Part shown: in pieces, positions 26,633 to 37,620 of the stretch
Layout: each line of letters begins with the position of its first letter
How positions within the stretch are numbered: the stretch's first letter is position 1
Assembly: GCA_964541395.1 (NCBI GenBank)
Contig: CAZIPM010000001.1
Coordinates: forward strand, 3,833 to 67,832
From: an uncultured Gammaproteobacteria bacterium
GTDB taxonomy: Bacteria; Patescibacteriota; Microgenomatia; UBA8517
Length of the DNA: 64,000 bases
Direction: 5' to 3'
The notes under the pieces: generated by a model
Told to the model about the DNA's origin: nothing
What the model saw: only the letters and a program-made list of their open reading frames with translations
The model's database searches: none
Program-made: the position numbers and the translations under genes

Positions 26633-28113
26633 TCAAAAAAGCCGGGCAAAATAAAATAATAACTTTTATCAAAAACAACTGGCCGTTGCTCATAATTTTA
26701 TTAATAGGAGCATTTTTGCGGCTTTATAGAATAGGGGAGTATATGACTTTTTTAGGAGATGAAGGCAGAGATGCAATTATAGTCAGAAGGTTATTGGTTT
26801 ATGGAGATCCGATACTAATAGGACCAGGCACTTCTGTCGGGAGTATGTATTTGGGTCCTTTATATTACTATTTTATGGCTCCTTTTCTTTTTCTGTCTAA
26901 TTTTTCTCCCATTGGGCCCGCTATCGGAGTTACTTTGTTGGGAGTAGCCACAATATATCTGGTTTATCTTTCCGGTAAAAACTGGTTTTCAAAAAAAGTT
27001 GGGTTAATCTCTGCCGTTCTTTTTGCCACAGCACCCGTGGTTATTATTTATTCCAGATCTTCCTGGAATCCAAACATCATGCCTTTTTTTGCACTCTTAT
27101 CTATTTATTCAATTTGGAAAGTATTTAAAGAAAAAAAGTATAAATGGCTTTTAATTACTGCTGTTTCATTTGCCTTTGTAATGCAGTCACACTACTTAGG
27201 TCTACTTCTGGCGCCTGTTCTTATTGTTTTTTGGTTATTAGCCAAAGTACCTTTAAAATATACTTTTTTTTCGTTGGCTCTATTTTTATTTCTAATGTCA
27301 CCACTATTAATTTTTGATATTCGTCACAATTACATCAATACAAATGCTTTATATAAATTTTTTACAGTCAGACAAGAAACAATTTCCATACGACCTTGGA
27401 ACGCAATTCCGAAAAGTTATCCCATTTTCGAACAAATAAACACAAGCTTATTATCTGCGAATAACCTACTGGTAGGTAAATATATAACAATTGCAATTAC
27501 CCTTTTTATTATTTGGGTTTTTGCCTTCAAAAAGAAAAATATTTTGGGTCCTAATTACTATTTACTTATATTATGGTTGGCATTTTCTTTGATTGGTTTT
27601 GGACTGTATAAACAACACATCTATGATCACTATTTCGGATTTCTTTTTCCTGTATCGTTTATTTTAACGGCACTTTTATTGCAGGAAATATTAAAAAGTA
27701 AATTAAAATATATAGGTACAATTGCACTTTTATTTTTAGTTTTCAATAATTTATCAAAAAGTCCCATCAGATCTAGTCCCAATAAACAGATGCAAAGAGC
27801 AGAAATGGTGGCTGAAAAAATAAAGATAGAATCAAATGGAGAACCTCTTAATTTGGCTGTTTTGGCAGAGAGAAACTATGAAGACGGTTATCAATATTTT
27901 TTGGAAAAAGACAATGTTAAAGTTGTGGAAATTGATGCCCAGATAGAGGAAAGTGTCGTGGATCAGTTGTTTGTTGCCTGTGAACTATCGCTTGAAAAAT
28001 GCGACCCAACTCATTCTCCCAAAACTGAAGTTGCCAATTTCGGTTGGAGTAAAATCGAAAATCAATGGGAGGTAGATGGAGTATTTGTCTTTAAACTGAT
28101 ACACTCACAATAA
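26614..28113 (+). CDS. GT-C family membrane glycosyltransferase (PMT_2/ArnT-like), subfamily A
   Basis: The N-terminus LRLYRIGEYMTFLGDEGRDAIIVRRLLVYGDPILIGPGTSVGSMYLGPLYYY is shared with 29098 and 33605. Multi-TM. Confidence 0.6.
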   Translation: MEKIIMIKKAGQNKIITFIKNNWPLLIILLIGAFLRLYRIGEYMTFLGDEGRDAIIVRRLLVYGDPILIGPGTSVGSMYLGPLYYYFMAPFLFLSNFSPIGPAIGVTLLGVATIYLVYLSGKNWFSKKVGLISAVLFATAPVVIIYSRSSWNPNIMPFFALLSIYSIWKVFKEKKYKWLLITAVSFAFVMQSHYLGLLLAPVLIVFWLLAKVPLKYTFFSLALFLFLMSPLLIFDIRHNYINTNALYKFFTVRQETISIRPWNAIPKSYPIFEQINTSLLSANNLLVGKYITIAITLFIIWVFAFKKKNILGPNYYLLILWLAFSLIGFGLYKQHIYDHYFGFLFPVSFILTALLLQEILKSKLKYIGTIALLFLVFNNLSKSPIRSSPNKQMQRAEMVAEKIKIESNGEPLNLAVLAERNYEDGYQYFLEKDNVKVVEIDAQIEESVVDQLFVACELSLEKCDPTHSPKTEVANFGWSKIENQWEVDGVFVFKLIHSQ

Positions 28114-28115
28114 AC

Positions 28116-29114
28116 ATGAATTACCCACAATCTCAACTTATTTTAGATGAAATTAAAAAAGCAAATAAAATTCTTCTGAATTGTCACAGAAATCCCGATC
28201 CCGACTCAATTGGAAGTGCTTTGGCAGTTAAGTGCGTATTAAAAGAAATGGGAAAGGAAACAACGGTTGTTTGTCCCACTGATGAACTTTACGAAAATGT
28301 AAATTTTCTAAAAGGGTATGATGAGATAAAAATAAATTTTAATTTTAAGGCAGCTGATTATTCACTTTATGATTTGTTTATAGTAGTCGATTCAGCCAGC
28401 TGGTCTCAAGTAAGCGGGTTTAACAATCCCAATATTGAAGCGGAAAAACTGATAGTGATAGATCATCATTTAACCAACGAAGGATTTGGCAATATTAATT
28501 TAGTAGATAGTGATGTAACATCGACCGCTGAGATTTTATATTCGATATTTGAAGATTGGGGAGTTAAATTGGATAGTGAAACCGCTGATTGTTTGATGGC
28601 AGGAATTGTTGGTGATACAGGTGCTTTTAGATATCCCGGAGCTGGACAACGAACTTTTTTTATTGCTGGTAAACTTATGGAATTAGGGGCAGATAAGGAT
28701 AGAGCAATCCATCAGCTATACAGAAGTGAACCATATGAACTTATTAAGTTTTATGGTGAAGTATTGTCTAAAGTCGAAATTGACCGCGATAGGCGATTTG
28801 TTTGGGCCGCGATCTCATATGAAACTTATGAAAAGTTGGGAAAGCCAGTCATGGCTAAAGAATCATCCGCCTCGATGTTTACTCAAGTCGTTAAAGGAAC
28901 TGATTTTGGTTTTGTTGCTTTGGAACAGGAAAAAAACAAACTTTCCATAAGTTTAAGATCCAGAAACGGTTTTGATACATCTAAAATTGCCGTCGAATTG
29001 GGTGGAGGTGGTCATATATACGCTTCAGGAGCAAGAATAGATTTGCCATTTGAGCAAGCCGTAGAAAAACTACTACAAACTGTCAGGAGAATCGCCGATG
29101 AAAACAAGTCTTAA
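28116..29114 (+). CDS. nrnA: DHH/DHHA1 phosphoesterase (NrnA-like nanoRNase/pAp phosphatase)
   Basis: NCHRNPDPDSIGSALA, VIDHHLTNEGFG (DHH), GGGGHIYASGA (DHHA1). Confidence 0.75.
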   Translation: MNYPQSQLILDEIKKANKILLNCHRNPDPDSIGSALAVKCVLKEMGKETTVVCPTDELYENVNFLKGYDEIKINFNFKAADYSLYDLFIVVDSASWSQVSGFNNPNIEAEKLIVIDHHLTNEGFGNINLVDSDVTSTAEILYSIFEDWGVKLDSETADCLMAGIVGDTGAFRYPGAGQRTFFIAGKLMELGADKDRAIHQLYRSEPYELIKFYGEVLSKVEIDRDRRFVWAAISYETYEKLGKPVMAKESSASMFTQVVKGTDFGFVALEQEKNKLSISLRSRNGFDTSKIAVELGGGGHIYASGARIDLPFEQAVEKLLQTVRRIADENKS

Positions 29115-30597
29115 AAAAAAACTTTCTTCATTTGAAAAACTTACAAACCGATGGAATTTACTTATTTTAATAATTCTTTTAGTAGCTTTAATTTTAAGGA
29201 TTTATAGGATAGGGGAAATACTTGATTTTCATTATGACCAAGGTAGAGATGCAATGGTTATTTGGAATTTATGGCATCAGGGAAAACTATTTCTGATAGG
29301 ACCGGTAACCGGTCTTCCAGGAATATTTCTTGGACCTTTTTATTATTATCTCATTGCGCCTTTTTATTTAATATCAGGAGGTAATCCTGCAATTCCTTCC
29401 ATATTTTTATCCGTTTTGGTTGTCACATCACTTTATATTTTGTATTTGACGGGAAAGGAGATAGGAGGTAAAAAACTTGGCTTGATAGCACTTTTGATTG
29501 GAGTCTTTTCCTATTACTTAATTATGTCATCCAGATGGCTTTCTAATCCAACTCCGATATATTTAACCTCAATTTTAATATTTTATTTCTTTGTCAAAAT
29601 AATAAGGTCTAAAACACCCAATCCTATTTGCTGGTACCTTGCATACCTATTGGTAGGAGTGTCTTTGCATTTTGAATCCGCCAGTGCTGCATTTTATATT
29701 CCGGCTCTTTTGGCTTTTACGGTTTGGAACAGAAAGAAAATGACTTTTAAAAGTCATATAATTTCAAGTCTATTATTATTTTTTACATTTATACCTCAAC
29801 TTATATTTAATTTTAGACACGACAATATTCTTTTAAATAATTTAATTACGGAATTCTCTGGAAGACAAAACTTTCCTTCTGATTTTACGATTCAAATAAT
29901 TTCAAGATTTAAAACTTTCTGGGATGTGTTTTCAAATAAAATATTTTATTCAAATAGACTAATAGCTGGTATTTTTAGTATTATCTCAGCGACAGGACTG
30001 TACTTATATTCAAAAGATGAAGAAAATAAAAATCTTTTAAAACTTTTTTTACTGTTTTTGGGAATTTCGGCAATCTGTTATTTAATTTACCAGGGAAACT
30101 ACGGTAATTTATATGATTATTATTTTACCGGTTACTATCTGATTCTTATTCTTTTGTTTTCTGTTGGGCTTTGGAGAATTGCACAGTTAAGAAGATTTGG
30201 AAATATAATCCTGATCTCTTTTTTTATTTTATTTTCATTCTTTAATCTACCTCCGACTATTAATAAATTAACGGACGGAGTTTATGAAGGAAACAATATT
30301 TATTTAACAACCCAGTTATCGGCAATAAGTTGGATATATGAAGATACCAAGGAAATTCCATTTAATGTTGATATTTATGTCCCTCCGGTAATACCATATT
30401 CATATGATTATTTATTTATATATGTTGGAGATAAAAGGTCGCAAAATTTGACCAAAAGGTTATATACTCTATATGAGATTGATCCACCTCATCCGGAAAG
30501 GTTGGAGGCATGGCTCAAGAGGCAGGAAGGAATAGGAACGGTTCAATCGGAGATGAAATTCGGCGGTATTGTAGTTCAAAAAAGAGAAAGAAAATAA
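29098..30597 (+). CDS. GT-C family membrane glycosyltransferase (PMT_2/ArnT-like), subfamily A
   Basis: LRIYRIGEILDFHYDQGRDAMVIWNLWHQGKLFLIGPVTGLPGIFLGPFYYY. An A9 tract sits at 29113-29121 in the N-terminus. Confidence 0.6.
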   Translation: MKTSLKKKLSSFEKLTNRWNLLILIILLVALILRIYRIGEILDFHYDQGRDAMVIWNLWHQGKLFLIGPVTGLPGIFLGPFYYYLIAPFYLISGGNPAIPSIFLSVLVVTSLYILYLTGKEIGGKKLGLIALLIGVFSYYLIMSSRWLSNPTPIYLTSILIFYFFVKIIRSKTPNPICWYLAYLLVGVSLHFESASAAFYIPALLAFTVWNRKKMTFKSHIISSLLLFFTFIPQLIFNFRHDNILLNNLITEFSGRQNFPSDFTIQIISRFKTFWDVFSNKIFYSNRLIAGIFSIISATGLYLYSKDEENKNLLKLFLLFLGISAICYLIYQGNYGNLYDYYFTGYYLILILLFSVGLWRIAQLRRFGNIILISFFILFSFFNLPPTINKLTDGVYEGNNIYLTTQLSAISWIYEDTKEIPFNVDIYVPPVIPYSYDYLFIYVGDKRSQNLTKRLYTLYEIDPPHPERLEAWLKRQEGIGTVQSEMKFGGIVVQKRERK

Positions 30598-30603
30598 TTA
30601 ATA

Positions 30604-31350
30604 ATGAAACCATATTTAAGTATAGTCATTCCTTCATATAACGAGGAAAACAACGTCAGAACCGGTGCATTATCCGGTATGGTTGATTATCTGAAAGAAC
30701 AACCATATTCCTGGGAAATGGTGGTAGTTGATGACGGATCAACTGACCAGACGGGTGATTTAGCCGAGAAATTTGCTAAAAACCATGAAAATGTCAGAGT
30801 ATTAAGGGAACCACATCGGGGAAAAGGAGGGGCGGTAATTGCAGGCATGTTACAAGCCAAGGGAGAAATAGTTGTGTTTGATGACATGGATCAGGCTACC
30901 CCGATTGACCAATTAGAAAGGGTGTTACCCAAATTTACCGAAGGATACGATGTGGTTATAGGATCACGAATTGGACGTGAAGGGGCTCCTTTAATAAGAA
31001 AAACAATGGCTTATGGCTATGCAATTTTGCGGAACATTGTACTGCAGTTACCCTTTAAAGATACTCAATGTGGATTTAAAGCTTTTTCCAAGTCGGCTTC
31101 AGATAGGATATTTAAGCGACTTCAAATTTTTAAAGAAAGCCAGAAATCAGAAGGAGCTTCTGTCTCCGCCGGATTTGATTTAGAAATACTTTACGTTGCC
31201 AGAAAATTAAATTTAAAAATATGCGAAGTTTCTGTTGTTTGGCATCACAAAGAAGGTACTAAAGTAAATCCCATAAAAGACTCTTGGGAAGGACTTAGAG
31301 ATTTGATCAAAGTCAGGATTAACGCGATTCAAGGAAAGTATAAAGTGTAA
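30604..31350 (+). CDS. GT2 glycosyltransferase (Dpm1-like polyprenyl-phosphate sugar synthase)
   Basis: LSIVIPSYNEENNV...VVDDGSTDQTGDL...DDMDQATP. Confidence 0.7.
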   Translation: MKPYLSIVIPSYNEENNVRTGALSGMVDYLKEQPYSWEMVVVDDGSTDQTGDLAEKFAKNHENVRVLREPHRGKGGAVIAGMLQAKGEIVVFDDMDQATPIDQLERVLPKFTEGYDVVIGSRIGREGAPLIRKTMAYGYAILRNIVLQLPFKDTQCGFKAFSKSASDRIFKRLQIFKESQKSEGASVSAGFDLEILYVARKLNLKICEVSVVWHHKEGTKVNPIKDSWEGLRDLIKVRINAIQGKYKV

Positions 31351-31359
31351 GAACAAAAA

Positions 31360-32079
31360 TTGATTAAACTTAATCAAATAAAAGATAAATTATCTAATAA
31401 GGGAAAGTATTGGATTGCGTTTACCGGTGATTCTATAACCTCGACTGAGTGGGTCCATCCAAACTGGAGAGAAATTATCCAGTATGTCTTGCAGGAGGAA
31501 ATGACTAGTTTATTACACGGTGACTGGAAAACTTCGGAGTGGGGAATTAAAGGTTTTAATTTCGGATATGACGGTTCAACTACAAAAGATATTTTAAATA
31601 AAGTAGACTCAATAAAAATAATAAACCCAGATTTAGTTATTGGATTGATGGGAGGAAATGATGCTCCTTTGGGAGTAAGTGTTTCTGAAAGCGTTGAAAA
31701 TATTTCCAAAATAGTCGAAAAATTAAATACTGAAGTTGTTTGGTGTAATTCTACTCCAGCTGGATTCGGATCTAATAAAAATGCAGAATATAAACCTTAT
31801 GCAAAGGCGTTTATGGAAATGAATCAAATGAAAAATCTTCAAAAAATAAATATGTTTGAAGTGTATCAAAAATATCCCACCGAACAATTCTTCACTTTTG
31901 TTTCGGAAGAAAATATTGTTGAAGGAGTTAAAGAGGGAGAGACAGATTTAATTCATCCAAACCAATTGGGGAATGCATATATTGCAAAGATTATATTAAA
32001 CGAAGTATTTGATATTGAATTTGATCCGCAAGGATACTGGCAAAGTACGTTACAAGGTGAAAAATACCCAAAATACTAA
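31360..32079 (+). CDS. SGNH/GDSL-family hydrolase (putative glycan O-acetyl esterase/acyltransferase-like)
   Basis: Block I FTGDSITS; block V DLIHPNQLG (DxxH). TTG start. Confidence 0.6.
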   Translation: MIKLNQIKDKLSNKGKYWIAFTGDSITSTEWVHPNWREIIQYVLQEEMTSLLHGDWKTSEWGIKGFNFGYDGSTTKDILNKVDSIKIINPDLVIGLMGGNDAPLGVSVSESVENISKIVEKLNTEVVWCNSTPAGFGSNKNAEYKPYAKAFMEMNQMKNLQKINMFEVYQKYPTEQFFTFVSEENIVEGVKEGETDLIHPNQLGNAYIAKIILNEVFDIEFDPQGYWQSTLQGEKYPKY

Positions 32080-32099
32080 TAAAGTAATAAACTATTTAA

Positions 32100-33608
32100 A
32101 TGATGAAGTATTGGAATGAATGGAGATGGTGGATAATAAGTTTAATTGGTATTTTGATTTTGGCCTTTTTTGTTAGGTACATAAATCTGACTTCATTACC
32201 AATATTTGCAGACGAAGCAATATATATCAGATGGGCACAGGTAATGAGGGCAGAATCTACATTAAGGTTTTTACCACTATCAGACGGAAAACAACCTCTT
32301 TTTATGTGGTTGATAATTCCTTTTTTAAAAATAATAAATGATCCGTTGATAGCTGGTCGAATGACATCCGTTTTTTCAGGATTGGGAACAATAGTTGGAA
32401 TATTTATTGCCAGTTATCTGCTTTTTAGTTCCAAAAAAATTGCATTGATCTCGGCGTTTGTTTATACTCTCGTTCCCTTTGCCGTTTTTTTTGAAAGAAT
32501 GGCTTTGTCGGATTCTCTATTAACAATGTTTGGTGTCTGGGTATTTACTGTGGGAATTCTATTGGTAAAAACCTTACGGCTTGATGTGGCTATGATTCTT
32601 GGGTTTGCATTAGGAGGTGCTCTTTTGACAAAATCTCCGGCATTATATTTTTCTCTTCTTTTACCTATATTATTAATTTTATTAAAAAATAAGAGAGAGA
32701 TCGTAAGGTATTTAATCCTATTAATTCCCACTTATATAATCGGTTACGGAATGTACAATATCTTAAGATTAGGACCTAATTTTCATTTATTAGCCAGTAG
32801 AAATATGGATTATGTCTGGCCTCTTAGTCACATATTAACGTCTCCATTTGATCCGTTCAAACCGTTTTTGAACAGAAGTCGCCAATTTTATTGGATAATG
32901 GGAACAGCTGGATTGTTTGCATCTTTTCTTTTGGCTTACTATGCAAATTATAAAACTAAGACAAAAGAATTGTTGATTCTAACCATATGGTTTCTATTTC
33001 CGATCTTGGTCTCTTCCGAATTCAGTAAGACAATGACGGCCAGATACGTATTTTTCAGTCTACCTTATTTTGTAATAATTGCATCTTCCTTCTTTTTAAC
33101 AAAAATAAAATGGTTCAAATTCGATATTTATATTTTGGGTTCCCTGTTTTTAATACAAAGTCTTGTTTTTCATTATAATCTGATTTCCAATCCGACAAAC
33201 GCATTTTTACCCAGAAGTGAACGGTCAGGATATTTAGAAGAATGGACAGCGGGGCAGGGCATCAGAGAAATTGCTAAATTTTTAAATGATGAAAGTAAAA
33301 ATAATCCTAATACAAATATAATTGTCGGAACTGAAGGATATTTTGGGACATTACCGGACGGGTTGCAAATTTATTTTGATAAAAATCCTAAAATAAACGT
33401 AATTGGAATAGGTTTGGAATTGGATAAAATCCCTGCATCTTTGGTATCTGCAAAAAAAGCCGGTAATAAGGTTTATTTAATGGCCAACAACGAAAGAATG
33501 AATACAGATTTTGATAAGCTGAATACCAAAAAAATAGGGGAGTATCCAAAAGAAACCAGACCCAATGGAACTATGCAGTCGCTTATGTTTTATGAAATTT
33601 TAAAATGA
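32100..33608 (+). CDS. GT-C family membrane glycosyltransferase (PMT_2/ArnT-like)
   Basis: N-terminal loop ...PIFADEAIYIRWAQ... carries the DE motif; about 12 TM helices; soluble C-terminal domain. Confidence 0.65.
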   Translation: MMKYWNEWRWWIISLIGILILAFFVRYINLTSLPIFADEAIYIRWAQVMRAESTLRFLPLSDGKQPLFMWLIIPFLKIINDPLIAGRMTSVFSGLGTIVGIFIASYLLFSSKKIALISAFVYTLVPFAVFFERMALSDSLLTMFGVWVFTVGILLVKTLRLDVAMILGFALGGALLTKSPALYFSLLLPILLILLKNKREIVRYLILLIPTYIIGYGMYNILRLGPNFHLLASRNMDYVWPLSHILTSPFDPFKPFLNRSRQFYWIMGTAGLFASFLLAYYANYKTKTKELLILTIWFLFPILVSSEFSKTMTARYVFFSLPYFVIIASSFFLTKIKWFKFDIYILGSLFLIQSLVFHYNLISNPTNAFLPRSERSGYLEEWTAGQGIREIAKFLNDESKNNPNTNIIVGTEGYFGTLPDGLQIYFDKNPKINVIGIGLELDKIPASLVSAKKAGNKVYLMANNERMNTDFDKLNTKKIGEYPKETRPNGTMQSLMFYEILK

Positions 33609-34993
33609 AAATAAAAGTTCCAAAAATATTTCGAAATATAAATTTTTGGGTGATTGCCATTCTTCTTTTGGGAGCATTTCTTCGATTTTATAATTTAGGG
33701 ACGAGGACGTATTTTGATGCCGATCAGGAATGGATGGCATTTAGATCCAGAGATTTATTAAATGGTGATTTGGCACTCATAGGACCTGTTACCTCTATTG
33801 GTTCATTTTCAATTGGTCCAGGATTTATTTATTTAAATAGCATATTCAGTTTTATATTTTCCAAAAATCCGATTTCGGGGAGCATTTTATCTGTATTGTT
33901 GGGGCTTTTAACTTGTTTGTCTTTGTATCTGTTTGCAAAAAATTTTGTCAATCAAAAATTTGCTTTGATATTATTGTTTTTAGTTTCCACCTCCTGGATG
34001 TTTATTAATTGGGACCAAATCCCGTGGACTCCCTCACTATTTTACCTGGCTCAGGTAATCGTTTTGGCAGGTGCTTATCTGGCATCAATTAAAAAAGATT
34101 TTGGGTGGGTACTTTTAACATTTGGTTTTGTAGTAGGTTTTCAGGCACACGTGGGAATTATAATTAGTATTTTTTGTGCATTTATATACTTGTTCATTAC
34201 AAGGTCCAAAATTCCTAAAATTAAATATGTCATTTATAGTATTGTTGTTTTACTATTCGGACTTCTTCCCAACATTGTTTTTGATGTTTTTAACAATTTT
34301 GTAAATTTTCAAAGATTTATGTCAATATTTTCAGATACTAATAATAACTATCTAAGTTTTTCAAAGGTGATTGGGGCTATGGCCAGATCTACTTCTTCAA
34401 TTATTTACCCGAGGCAGATTAATGCTATTGATACTGTTATTACCAGAGTCATACTAGCGGCAGCAATTGCTAATGGTTTGTCAATGCTTTTTGATAAAAA
34501 ACTAAGGAAATTGTCGCTTCTTTTTTTAATTACTGCAATTGTTCCCCCTGCACTGTTTTATTTACAGCAGGGTAAATTTTCGGAATATTACATCATGATG
34601 AGTGTGCCTTCTCTTCTTTTTCTAACGATGTTTCTGGTATATAAAGTCTTTAGTAACAAGTATCTTTTGTTTGTAATTTTATTGGTTACCACAATTATAA
34701 ATTATACATATTGGAAAAAACTGGACAGGAACTTAACTCTCCAGCACAAAATAAATATTGTAAGCAAAATTGTTGAAATGGGGGGAAAGGAGGGATATGG
34801 TGTTTCTTTGACAACAGCTCCTGGTATGAATTTTGGCTATAATTATTTATTTGATTATTACAAAGCAAAACCTAACCTCCCTCCTCTTAAAGATCAGAAA
34901 AAGATTTTTACAATTTTGGTGCCTGATGGGTTTGACGGAATACAGGGAATCAAAGATTTTGGTGGAATTGGGCTATTGTGGCAGGGGATTTGA
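33605..34993 (+). CDS. GT-C family membrane glycosyltransferase, subfamily A
   Basis: LRFYNLGTRTYFDADQEWMAFRSRDLLNGDLALIGPVTSIGSFSIGPGFIY. ATGA overlap with the upstream gene. Confidence 0.55.
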   Translation: MKIKVPKIFRNINFWVIAILLLGAFLRFYNLGTRTYFDADQEWMAFRSRDLLNGDLALIGPVTSIGSFSIGPGFIYLNSIFSFIFSKNPISGSILSVLLGLLTCLSLYLFAKNFVNQKFALILLFLVSTSWMFINWDQIPWTPSLFYLAQVIVLAGAYLASIKKDFGWVLLTFGFVVGFQAHVGIIISIFCAFIYLFITRSKIPKIKYVIYSIVVLLFGLLPNIVFDVFNNFVNFQRFMSIFSDTNNNYLSFSKVIGAMARSTSSIIYPRQINAIDTVITRVILAAAIANGLSMLFDKKLRKLSLLFLITAIVPPALFYLQQGKFSEYYIMMSVPSLLFLTMFLVYKVFSNKYLLFVILLVTTIINYTYWKKLDRNLTLQHKINIVSKIVEMGGKEGYGVSLTTAPGMNFGYNYLFDYYKAKPNLPPLKDQKKIFTILVPDGFDGIQGIKDFGGIGLLWQGI

Positions 34994-35009
34994 TTTAACT
35001 ATTTAAATT

Positions 35010-35282
35010 ATGGCAGAAATAGATTTACTTGGAAGATATGTTGTGACCGTGACTACTATGGATTTATATGAAAATTTACCACTCCCTGCATTTATTAAAA
35101 GTAAATTGATTAAAAGATCAGAAGATCCCAATACTGAAGTTATAGTCTATGGTTCATATGACGACGCCCTAAAAACTGCTGAAAATGAAACATGTGATAG
35201 ATACATACCTGTAAACGGTAGGCCAACTGCTTCAAAAGGTCAAGTTACCTCGTTTGAACCATACGGTAAAATACACTACTAA
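35010..35282 (+). CDS. hypothetical small soluble protein
   Basis: 90-aa ORF between glycosyltransferase genes. Confidence 0.35.
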   Translation: MAEIDLLGRYVVTVTTMDLYENLPLPAFIKSKLIKRSEDPNTEVIVYGSYDDALKTAENETCDRYIPVNGRPTASKGQVTSFEPYGKIHY

Positions 35283-35321
35283 TCATTTATTGTTTAATAG
35301 AATTTTGATAAGATTATATTT

Positions 35322-37076
35322 GTGAAATTTCTGAAAGCACTTTCTAAAAAAGAGAATTTTTGGCCTTTACTTCTGGTAATGATAGCTGGGATTTTAGCGT
35401 CGCGCACTCTTATTTTTCAGAAAGGTTACTTTAATATGCATGATGACTTGCAGATGATGAGGCAGCTTCAGATGGAGAAGTGCTTTTTAGATCTCCAAAT
35501 TCCCTGCAGATGGGTGCCTGATATGGGTTATGGTTTTGGATTTCCTCTTTTCAATTTTTATCCACCTCTCCCCTATCTGATAGGGGAGTTGTTTAGACTT
35601 ATTGGTTTATCATTTGTGGTTACTGCTAAATTAACATTTGCCCTGTCATTTATTGTCAGTGGGGTAGGGATGTACTACTTGGCCAAAGAGTTTTTTGGCC
35701 GTGTCGGAGGAATTGTGTCCGCTATCTTTTACGTTTGGGCACCTTATCATGCTGTAGATGTCTACGTCAGAGGAGCCATGAATGAATCTTGGGGTTTGGT
35801 CTTTTTTCCTTTTATCTTCTACTTTGGTTACAAACTTATATCTGAAAAAAAGAATATTAATAAATGGCTGATTGGCTTGATGCTTGCCTATTTTGGACTG
35901 TTTACGTCGCACAATCTAATGATACTGATCTTTACCCCTGTCTTTATTTTTTGGTCTTTGATGTGGATGAAACTCAAAAACTCTTGGAATAGAATCCCCC
36001 ATTTGGCTTTAGCAGGAATTGGATCTTTGGGTCTTTCTGCTTATTTTACGATTCCTGCAATAGCAGAGAATAAACTTACTTGGCTTAAGTCCCAGCTAAT
36101 TGGTTACTATGATTACACGGCTCATTTTGTAACCCTTAAACAACTTTTGATCTCCAGGTTTTGGGATTATGGACCCTCAGTCTGGTTGGAGTATGACAGG
36201 ATGTCTTTTCAAGCAGGTCATGTTCACTGGCTTTTATCGTTAGTTATTTTTGCATTAGTTTTGGCTGCAATTTTGAAAAACAGAAAGAAAGGTAAAAAAT
36301 TAAAGATAGATTCAGCCTATTTGATTATTATCTTTCTTTTTGTAATAGGTTGGATTGCTGCGTTTATGACACATGTCAGATCAACCCCTATTTATCAGGC
36401 TATACCGATTTTGGCTCTGGTACAGTTCTCCTGGAGATTTTTGACTTTGGTTACATTTGCTTTTTCTTTCATGGCAGGAGCGGTTGTGCTATTCATAAAC
36501 AAACTTGGAAATAAATACTTAATTTTGATTACTTCTGCACTTACAGTAGGACTAATTATTTTCAATTGGAATTACTTTTTACCTGAACATGGCAAAATGG
36601 GAAAACTTACTGATCAGGATAAATTCAGCGCAGCCGCCTGGGATCTGCAACAGACTGCAGGTATATATGATTACCTTCCAGGTACAGCCAAGGAGGCTCC
36701 AAAAGGTCCTCAAAAGGTCTTAGCAGAAATCATGGCAGGTGGCGGAAATGCTGCCAAAAGGCAGGATCAGGTTTCAAAAATGGAACAGGGAACAGATTGG
36801 GCAAGGTTTAGTGTAAATTCCGATAAACCTTTAAAAATAAGAATTGGAATTTTCCAATTTCCAAATTGGGAAGTAACTGTAGATGATAAAAAAATAGAGA
36901 CTTTTATGCCTGTTGAAGAAAGATGGGGAAGAATGTGGATTGAAGTACCAGAAGGAGAACATGTGGTAGTTGCAGAGTTCAAAGATACTCCAATCAGAAC
37001 CTTTTCTAATATTTTGTCGTTGCTATCTTGGTTGGGATTAGTAGGGTATTTAATTGCGATCAAAAAGAAGAAATGA
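35322..37076 (+). CDS. large polytopic membrane protein, putative GT-C-type glycosyltransferase/polymerase
   Basis: 584 aa with many TM helices and a soluble C-terminal domain with a final TM. GTG start. Confidence 0.5.
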   Translation: MKFLKALSKKENFWPLLLVMIAGILASRTLIFQKGYFNMHDDLQMMRQLQMEKCFLDLQIPCRWVPDMGYGFGFPLFNFYPPLPYLIGELFRLIGLSFVVTAKLTFALSFIVSGVGMYYLAKEFFGRVGGIVSAIFYVWAPYHAVDVYVRGAMNESWGLVFFPFIFYFGYKLISEKKNINKWLIGLMLAYFGLFTSHNLMILIFTPVFIFWSLMWMKLKNSWNRIPHLALAGIGSLGLSAYFTIPAIAENKLTWLKSQLIGYYDYTAHFVTLKQLLISRFWDYGPSVWLEYDRMSFQAGHVHWLLSLVIFALVLAAILKNRKKGKKLKIDSAYLIIIFLFVIGWIAAFMTHVRSTPIYQAIPILALVQFSWRFLTLVTFAFSFMAGAVVLFINKLGNKYLILITSALTVGLIIFNWNYFLPEHGKMGKLTDQDKFSAAAWDLQQTAGIYDYLPGTAKEAPKGPQKVLAEIMAGGGNAAKRQDQVSKMEQGTDWARFSVNSDKPLKIRIGIFQFPNWEVTVDDKKIETFMPVEERWGRMWIEVPEGEHVVVAEFKDTPIRTFSNILSLLSWLGLVGYLIAIKKKK

Positions 37077-37612
37077 AACTGACTTTTTTGACTGGTAACA
37101 AAGGTAAATTTGAAGAAGCTTCAAAAATTATTCCAGGTTTGCTACAAAACGACAATGATTTGCCAGAAATACAAAGTTTAGATTCCCATGATGTTATTAG
37201 CTCAAAACTTGAGTGGGCTAGGAATAATACAAAAGGATTCATAATTGTTGAAGATGGTTCATTAAGTATTGACTGCTTAAATGGATTACCAGGACCATTA
37301 ATAAAATGGTTTTCTAAGGCACTTGGGAATGAAGGTATTTATAATATTGTCAGTAAATTTGATAACCCAAACGCCCAGGCAAAAGTTGTTGTTGGCCTTT
37401 TGGAAGATCACAGTAAAATCAGTTATTTCGAAGGTGTTGTTAAGGGTAGAATTGTTGCACCTCGCGGAGAACAGGGTTTTGGCTGGGATCCAATATTCCA
37501 ACCTAATGGGTATGAAAAAACATTTGCCGAAATGGATCAGAACGAAAAAAACATTATAAGTATGCGAAAAATTGCACTTGAGAAATTAAATAGTTATTTA
37601 AAAATTTTGTAA
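37073..37612 (+). CDS. rdgB: non-canonical purine NTP pyrophosphatase (RdgB/Ham1/ITPase)
   Basis: [16 protein letters not shown] ... [19 protein letters not shown]...[14 protein letters not shown]. The start overlaps the upstream stop (ATGA). Confidence 0.8.
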   Translation: MKLTFLTGNKGKFEEASKIIPGLLQNDNDLPEIQSLDSHDVISSKLEWARNNTKGFIIVEDGSLSIDCLNGLPGPLIKWFSKALGNEGIYNIVSKFDNPNAQAKVVVGLLEDHSKISYFEGVVKGRIVAPRGEQGFGWDPIFQPNGYEKTFAEMDQNEKNIISMRKIALEKLNSYLKIL

Positions 37613-37620
37613 AAATGAAT

